Of a DNA stretch of 62,683 nt, positions 56,794 through 62,683 are shown in pieces. This DNA is from Promethearchaeota archaeon (GTDB lineage: Archaea; Asgardarchaeota; Lokiarchaeia; Sigyniarchaeales; SOKP01), in assembly GCA_048939995.1 (NCBI GenBank), contig JBHLOY010000005.1, positions 155,853-218,535 of the forward strand, given 5' to 3'. Position 1 is the stretch's first letter; every line of letters begins with the position of its first letter. Position numbers and translations under genes: made by a program. The notes beneath the pieces are model-generated. The model ran no database searches and had not been told where the DNA came from. It saw only the letters and a program-made list of their open reading frames with translations.

Positions 56794-57150
56794 TTAATAA
56801 AAGATTTTCACATCTTTCCCTTCAGGATTTTGTTCTAGCAACTCCTCGATTGAGATAACTTTACTTCCTGAATTTTCAATTTTCTTCCTTGCTGGTCTTG
56901 AACAGTCTAAGCAAGCAATTGTTATTTTATGATCTAACTCTCCAATTCCTAATACTTTTCCCGGGATCACTATCACGTCACTTTCCTTTGTCTTCTTGTT
57001 AATCCTATGCAAATTTGCCTCTATACGATTTTTTCTTGGTCCAGATAACTTTTTTGAGATTTGCTTCCAAATTCTTCTTTTAGTCTTCCATAAATCCCGG
57101 ATCAATTTTCTGGTAGTATAATCTGAAGGACCGGTAACTCTATGACTCAT
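56794..57150 (-). CDS. rpl18e: 50S ribosomal protein L18e
   Basis: IW..I...L..PR.NR..NL..IN, PGKVLG.G. Confidence 0.95.
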   Translation of the reverse strand: MSHRVTGPSDYTTRKLIRDLWKTKRRIWKQISKKLSGPRKNRIEANLHRINKKTKESDVIVIPGKVLGIGELDHKITIACLDCSRPARKKIENSGSKVISIEELLEQNPEGKDVKIFY

Positions 57151-57228
57151 TTTTGTAAATCTTCATTTCTTATTATTCGTTAAATATGGGATGTAAAATT
57201 TACGATATTATAATAAATTTTTGATTGA

Positions 57229-58068
57229 TTAAGTTTGAATTTCAAGTTCCTCTAATTTAGTAATGAATTCATCAATTTTTTCATTAAATATTTCAAAAGT
57301 TTTCTTAGTAATAATATTGAAGGGGAGCACACCATCACTTTCTATTGAGAAAATATAAGAATTTTCTTTTGGATATACTCTGATTTTAGAATCAGAATTT
57401 TTCTCGCATGACTGGCATAGAGTACATGTTTTCCAATAATCATCCTTTAGTTTCAATTGATTTTTAGATGTCAACTCAAATAGTTCTTCGGGGCACATTC
57501 TCAAGATTAATTTATTTTGTTCTAGATTTTTTAGATCATTATCATTAAATTCGACGATAGGATAATACCTAAAGGCGATATTTGATACTGCTTGCCATTT
57601 AGCATGATCTCGCGCCATACCTAATATAGCATACGCTTCCAGGATAACTTGATTATTTTTATCAATCTTTACAATTGGAATATTAGGATCAACAGGAATT
57701 ATCTTTGGGTCATTTGATTTTAGATCGCCAGAATATATATCTATTGGAGTATTTGTAGTATTTGTAACTTCTAGAGTTAATGATACTTGACAAAGAGGAC
57801 AACCATAACCTGAGCATTCACATGAGTTTGGGAGGTTATATGTATCTAGATCAGTTTTAAGAGGAATTAATCCTATCCTGTGTGCTAAAATTTCATCATA
57901 AAGGGGGCTATCATTTTTAAGGATAATAACCTCATCAACAGCCATGACAGGAATTTCTGTTAAAATGATTCGACGTAATGCATTAACCATTTCAATGGAA
58001 ATCCCTTCAATTACAAATACTAATTCATGTGGTGTCTGCTCTATTACCTCAAGATTTAATGTGCTCAT
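57229..58068 (-). CDS. rpoD: RNA polymerase subunit D (Rpo3)
   Basis: NALRRI, N.SPLYDEILAHRIGLIP, HAKWQ, IESDG. Confidence 0.96.
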   Translation of the reverse strand: MSTLNLEVIEQTPHELVFVIEGISIEMVNALRRIILTEIPVMAVDEVIILKNDSPLYDEILAHRIGLIPLKTDLDTYNLPNSCECSGYGCPLCQVSLTLEVTNTTNTPIDIYSGDLKSNDPKIIPVDPNIPIVKIDKNNQVILEAYAILGMARDHAKWQAVSNIAFRYYPIVEFNDNDLKNLEQNKLILRMCPEELFELTSKNQLKLKDDYWKTCTLCQSCEKNSDSKIRVYPKENSYIFSIESDGVLPFNIITKKTFEIFNEKIDEFITKLEELEIQT

Positions 58069-58169
58069 TGTTTTAATAACTCAAAAAGATAATATTAGTA
58101 TCAGAATATAATCTCAAATACTTAATTTTAGATAAATTTTTCTTTTCTAAAAAAAAGGAATAGGATAAA

Positions 58170-59498
58170 TTAATAAAAATTAAAGTATTCGTATGCTTTA
58201 TTTGGACTTTGGAAACAATACTTAATTTCATGAAATTCTCTCCTAAATTCAGCAACTGCTTCCCCGACCTTCTTAGGATTTTCACCATCAATTAAAATTT
58301 TTTTGACAAATTCAGCAATATCTTCCATCTCGTTTTTTCCCATACCTAATCTAGTGACTTCGGAAGTTCCAATTCTCAATCCGCCTGGATTTTGATAATG
58401 TCTACCCTGAGCAATGTCGTATGGTAGAAGATTTCGATTCAATATAATATTTGCATTTTCTAAAAGTTTTTCTATATCTCCCCCTAATCCATGTTTTTTC
58501 TGGAATTCTGTTATATCTACCACAATTTGATGAGATTCTGTAAAACCCTTATGTTCCATTAATACATTGACTCCTCGCTCGTATAAAGCTTGAGCAAGAG
58601 CCTTAGCGTTATCTATAACATTTTTATGATAGTCTCTTCCAAATTCAAGCATTTCAGCTAATGCTATGGCTAATCCCGCTACATTATGAAGATGATGATT
58701 CGAAAGCAGAGCTGGAAATGCACACGATCTTAAAGTAGGAATTAAATCTTCCCTATTTGATACTAGAGCACCATGTTGGGGCCCCGGAAGTGTTTTATGC
58801 GTACTCATTGTCATAGCATCTACCCCCTCTCTCAAGGGATCCTGAAAATATCCAGATCCAATTAATCCAGCAACATGAGCAGCATCATATCCTACATAAG
58901 CCCCAATTTCTTTTGCGACATCACCTAGTTCTTTAACTGGATGTGGAAATAAAAATACCGAACCTCCAAACAAAACCAGTTCTGGCTTAAATTCTCTTAT
59001 AATTTTAGCTGAAGCATCGATATCTAGATTCATTTCATCATTATCAAAAGCAAGATATTCCACATTTAACCCTCGAGTCGTTCCAGCTGTACCAAAAATT
59101 TCTCTACCGCTTTTAGCAAACCTAGGACCATGAGATATATGCCCTCCTCTAACAATAGACATACAACACATCTTTCCATTGTTATCTGATGTAAAAGCAT
59201 TATACATAGTTAAATTTGCGACAACACCTGAGACAGGACGAACATCAGCGTGAATAGATTTAAAGTATTTATTAGCCAAATCCATACAGATATCTTCTAT
59301 TTTATCTATATATTTACATCCCGCATATACACGTTCGCCGCTCCATCCTTCTGCATATCGATGACTAAAGTCACAACTACAAGCCTCATCAACAGCAGGA
59401 CTAGTGATATTTTCTGAAGCGATTAAAGGAATACTATTCGCAAACCAATCATGATGTTCCATTAATAAATTCCTAATTTCTTTGACCTTATTTTTCAC
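58170..59498 (-). CDS. glyA: Serine hydroxymethyltransferase (archaeal type)
   Basis: LIASEN, YAEG, GGHISH, DAAH, STHKTLPGPQ, GLRIGT. Confidence 0.96.
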   Translation of the reverse strand: MKNKVKEIRNLLMEHHDWFANSIPLIASENITSPAVDEACSCDFSHRYAEGWSGERVYAGCKYIDKIEDICMDLANKYFKSIHADVRPVSGVVANLTMYNAFTSDNNGKMCCMSIVRGGHISHGPRFAKSGREIFGTAGTTRGLNVEYLAFDNDEMNLDIDASAKIIREFKPELVLFGGSVFLFPHPVKELGDVAKEIGAYVGYDAAHVAGLIGSGYFQDPLREGVDAMTMSTHKTLPGPQHGALVSNREDLIPTLRSCAFPALLSNHHLHNVAGLAIALAEMLEFGRDYHKNVIDNAKALAQALYERGVNVLMEHKGFTESHQIVVDITEFQKKHGLGGDIEKLLENANIILNRNLLPYDIAQGRHYQNPGGLRIGTSEVTRLGMGKNEMEDIAEFVKKILIDGENPKKVGEAVAEFRREFHEIKYCFQSPNKAYEYFNFY

Positions 59499-59711
59499 TT
59501 CTGATCTAACCTTTTTCTAAAATTAAAAATTGTTAAATTAATATTAAAACACCAATTTTTTTAAATCTTATCTCAAAATAAAAGAATTAATACATTTATG
59601 TTATTGGAGCAACATTGTTAACTTAAACTTAATTAACTTACTCAAGAATATCCAAATTATTAATTAATTTGACCAGAAACTTCAAAATTGATACAAAAAA
59701 ATGATTTTGAC

Positions 59712-60629
59712 TTAACCTTTAGATTTCTCTAAAATCAATCTCGCTTCATATAGATCTAACTTTTTGCCTGCTTTTTGTTTCTCCAATGCTGTTGCTAGCT
59801 TTTCCTGTTTAATCTTTTCGAGCTCCTCATCTTTTTTTATGTTAGCTTTATAAGGTTTCTTAGTCTTTTTTCCCTTTTTATAAAATTGTTTACCTCTCGA
59901 AAAAGTCCTTCTATGATTCATTAATTTTAAGAATTTTTCATGATAGTTATCAGCTTCTTTTTTGTTTTCAATAAGTTGTTCTTCAATCACTTTTTTTCTA
60001 TTTTTCAATTCTTTTGTTAATTGATACAATTCATTCATCTTTGTGTGATAGTTCTGAGATTTATTAGACCACTTATTTAATTGCTCATATATCTTACCTA
60101 AATTAATTTTAACAATCTGAATTTTCCTTTCTATTTTAAATAAATCCGAATTTTGTTGTTCTGCTAAAAAGTCTTGTTTTATTTTTGCCAACTCCCTAAT
60201 TTTGTCAATAATCGCATTCTCTTCAGAAATATTTAAGTTTTCGGTTTCAATCTTCCTTTCCATGGTGCTAATTTTATTTTCTATTTGCTTGATCGAGACA
60301 ATCTTTAAATTCCCTTTTTTTTGAAAGGTTAAATTCTGCAGTACTTTCTTTTCTTCCAATAATTTATCTGAAATTTTTTTATACTCAATCTTTTTTTCTT
60401 TTAACTTTTTAACCTTACTATTCCAATAATCTCTTTTTTTTTTGAGATCGTTTCGTGCTAATTTTAAATATCTATTAATCTGATTGTCAATTTCTTGCAA
60501 ATTAATTATATAATCCTTGGTTTTTTTATTTAAATCATCCCTCTTTTTCTTGAAAACTTCAATTTGATCCTGAAGTTCTTTAAAAGAGAGTCTAGAAGGC
60601 TGAGAGAATTGAGATTTTTCGCTACTCAT
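59712..60629 (-). CDS. Archaeal coiled-coil protein (COG1340-like)
   Basis: Heptad-rich; KRDDLN, LNISEENAII, C-terminal GKKLDL.E. Confidence 0.7.
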   Translation of the reverse strand: MSSEKSQFSQPSRLSFKELQDQIEVFKKKRDDLNKKTKDYIINLQEIDNQINRYLKLARNDLKKKRDYWNSKVKKLKEKKIEYKKISDKLLEEKKVLQNLTFQKKGNLKIVSIKQIENKISTMERKIETENLNISEENAIIDKIRELAKIKQDFLAEQQNSDLFKIERKIQIVKINLGKIYEQLNKWSNKSQNYHTKMNELYQLTKELKNRKKVIEEQLIENKKEADNYHEKFLKLMNHRRTFSRGKQFYKKGKKTKKPYKANIKKDEELEKIKQEKLATALEKQKAGKKLDLYEARLILEKSKG

Positions 60630-60871
60630 AAATAATTCATTAAGGAGTATCTATAAAAAGATTTGATTGATTAAGTAATTCAACCTTACATTTATTTTAT
60701 AGTTTTGGTAAAAGGCTCTTGATTTATTTAAAAAATCATCTATAATTACAGATCTGTAAAATAATATATATGGATTTTTCCTTTTTCATCAAAAGGAGTG
60801 AAATCGATTTTTATTAAAGAGTATAATCATTAAATTATCTTAGAATAATTGAAAATCAAATAGGATGGTTT

Positions 60872-61738
60872 ATGAACCCCAAGACAATAAAAGATAATGA
60901 TTTAATATTTTTAGTCCTAGATGAGCGAAGAAAATGGTTGATCAAAGTAAAATCGGGATCTGAATTCCATACTCATAAGGGGATAATCAATTTTAATGAT
61001 ATAATAGGAAAGCCATACGGTTCAGTTATATTTTCAAAACCATACGAATCTCAGGGCTATAAATTTTATATCTTACGACCCCTACCCTCCGATTATGTCC
61101 AATATATAAAGCGTAAAACACAAATTATTTATCCAGAAGATGCGGGATTGATCTTAATTTATACTGGAATTGGACCGGGAAATAAAGTAATTGAAGCGGG
61201 ATGTGGCTCAGGAGCTTTAACATGTATTTTAGCTAATTATGTTCAGCCAGATGGGCATATTTATTCATATGATATTAACCAGAATCACATAAAGAGGGCT
61301 ATTAAAAATGTTGAAAAAGCAGAATTACAGGATTTTGCTACTATTCAATATGGGGATGTTCTAAACGATAATTTTGAGCATGTAGAAATGGATTCTGCGG
61401 TATTAGATATGCCAGAACCTTGGAAGGCAGTTGAAAAAGTCAAGAAGTATTTAAAATTGAGTGGAACACTTGTCTCCTTTTCTCCTACAATAGAACAAGT
61501 AAAAAAGACAACATTTTCGCTTAAAAATAACCAGTTTTTTGATATAAAAACCTTCGAACTTATTAAAAGAGAAATACAAGTTAAAGAAAATGCCACAAGA
61601 CCTATGTCTAGAATGGTTGGACATACCGGTTATATGACTTTTGCTCGAAAAGTTCAAGATGTTAAAAATCCTTATCGTGAAAAGAAACCTATTAAACAAG
61701 AATTTGTAAACCTGAATGGAATGCCTTTAAGAGGGTAA
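60872..61738 (+). CDS. trmI: tRNA (adenine-N1)-methyltransferase (m1A57/58)
   Basis: TQIIYPED, EAGCGSGALT, LDMPEPW, TRP...GHTGY. Confidence 0.93.
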   Translation: MNPKTIKDNDLIFLVLDERRKWLIKVKSGSEFHTHKGIINFNDIIGKPYGSVIFSKPYESQGYKFYILRPLPSDYVQYIKRKTQIIYPEDAGLILIYTGIGPGNKVIEAGCGSGALTCILANYVQPDGHIYSYDINQNHIKRAIKNVEKAELQDFATIQYGDVLNDNFEHVEMDSAVLDMPEPWKAVEKVKKYLKLSGTLVSFSPTIEQVKKTTFSLKNNQFFDIKTFELIKREIQVKENATRPMSRMVGHTGYMTFARKVQDVKNPYREKKPIKQEFVNLNGMPLRG

Positions 61739-61741
61739 AAT

Positions 61742-62080
61742 ATGGAGATTGATTATAAAGATTTTTCTAAGTTAGATATTAGAGTTGGATTGGTTAAAGA
61801 TTGTAGGAAAATTGAAAAATCGAAAAATTTATACAAATTAGTGGTTGATTGTGGAGATGCTGGTATAAGACAAATAATCACCGGGATTGCAAAATATTAT
61901 TCCACTGAACAGTTAGTAAACAGGAAAATCGTCGTATTAGTTAATTTAAAACCCAAAATTATTATGGGTTTTGAAAGTAAAGGAATGTTATTAGCTGCTG
62001 ACGTCAATAATGAACCATTTCTGCTAAAAATTGATGAGAGGAAAGAAAAACGAATACCTCCGGGGAGTAAAATTAAATAA
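61742..62080 (+). CDS. tRNA-binding OB-fold protein (Trbp111/MetRS C-terminus/CsaA-like)
   Basis: F.KLDIRVG, NLKP..MG.ES.GMLLA, PGSKI. Confidence 0.88.
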   Translation: MEIDYKDFSKLDIRVGLVKDCRKIEKSKNLYKLVVDCGDAGIRQIITGIAKYYSTEQLVNRKIVVLVNLKPKIIMGFESKGMLLAADVNNEPFLLKIDERKEKRIPPGSKIK

Positions 62081-62500
62081 CTAGAAGCCTTTCAATTTGA
62101 CGCCCGTTTGAAATTCTTTCTTTTTCTTAAACCTTTCAGTTTTAAAAAAGTGCTTTTTCTTCTCAGGTAGTATATTAATATATTTCCTTAAAATATCTTC
62201 TACAAATTCCCTTGTAGCTTTATTAGGTATTTTATTAGGATCACTAAAATATGATAAAATTTCTTTATTTTTTGAATCTGGGGTAAGCCCTAAATTTTTT
62301 ATTGGAATATGGAATGAGTGTATGAACCACCCCGTTGTTTTTTGATCGTGAGCAATTACTCTTAAAATATTCTCTGGTTCCTTTCGGATTTTTATGTCAA
62401 GTAGCTTTTTTGATGATCGAACAAGAATACTCGCATAAACGGGGATATTGCTCTTTGGATCATGAATTTTTTTGTACAATTTTTTTAATTTCTCACTCAT
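62081..62500 (-). CDS. Hypothetical basic protein
   Basis: 139-aa ORF convergent with the tRNA-binding gene. Confidence 0.65.
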   Translation of the reverse strand: MSEKLKKLYKKIHDPKSNIPVYASILVRSSKKLLDIKIRKEPENILRVIAHDQKTTGWFIHSFHIPIKNLGLTPDSKNKEILSYFSDPNKIPNKATREFVEDILRKYINILPEKKKHFFKTERFKKKKEFQTGVKLKGF

Positions 62501-62683
62501 TTTAATTCAAAACATGAATCATATAATTAGAACGTTAATAATGTCTAATTAAGAATAATAAATAAACTTACCATTTGTCTGTATGGTTTAAAGCCATGTT
62601 TTTGCATGATTAAAGAGGAAAATTAAAAATCTTTTTTTACTTTATTTCAGATAATATGCCAGTTAAATTAAAAACATTTGAAA

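Noticed and set aside
58073-58291. 72-aa ORF overlapping the glyA 3' end
   Set aside because: Alternate-frame overlap running into an AT-rich spacer; no recognisable features.
1-62683. Selenoprotein read-through or SECIS; transposases, integrases, rRNA
   Set aside because: Redox genes (msrA, Fe-S proteins, por) are full length with Cys and show no in-frame TGA truncation that I could see; no mobile-element or rRNA signatures recognised.

Overview
AT-rich archaeal chromosomal segment, most likely from an Asgard archaeon of the Lokiarchaeia type. This is inferred from the archaeal core genes (rpoD-rpl18e-rpl13-rps9, aEF-1beta, RIO2, Sm/Lsm, TrmI, split GMP synthase) occurring together with MutS/MutL, a multi-PAS histidine kinase and several eukaryote-like proteins. 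About 60 CDS; no rRNA, tRNA, CRISPR array or transposase recognised. The standout is a divergent ~9 kb oxyanion (probably phosphate) uptake/sensing locus at 13.7-22.5 kb. It has three PhoU-like DUF47 proteins, a PiT transporter with an altered second signature, an unannotated 32-aa membrane peptide and a non-Pst ABC importer. The importer's two different ATPases carry complementary substitutions that build one consensus and one degenerate ATP site. Other notable items: a gelsolin-like domain fused to four TM helices, a circularly permuted TTL/YheCD-like ATP-grasp downstream of a Clp1/Nol9-like kinase, a por operon split by a PAS kinase, an Asp-nucleophile lysophospholipase homologue, a flippase fused to an extracellular domain, and a structured 700-bp intergenic region with repeated 9-mers. 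All family calls come from motif recognition by eye; no database searches were run.
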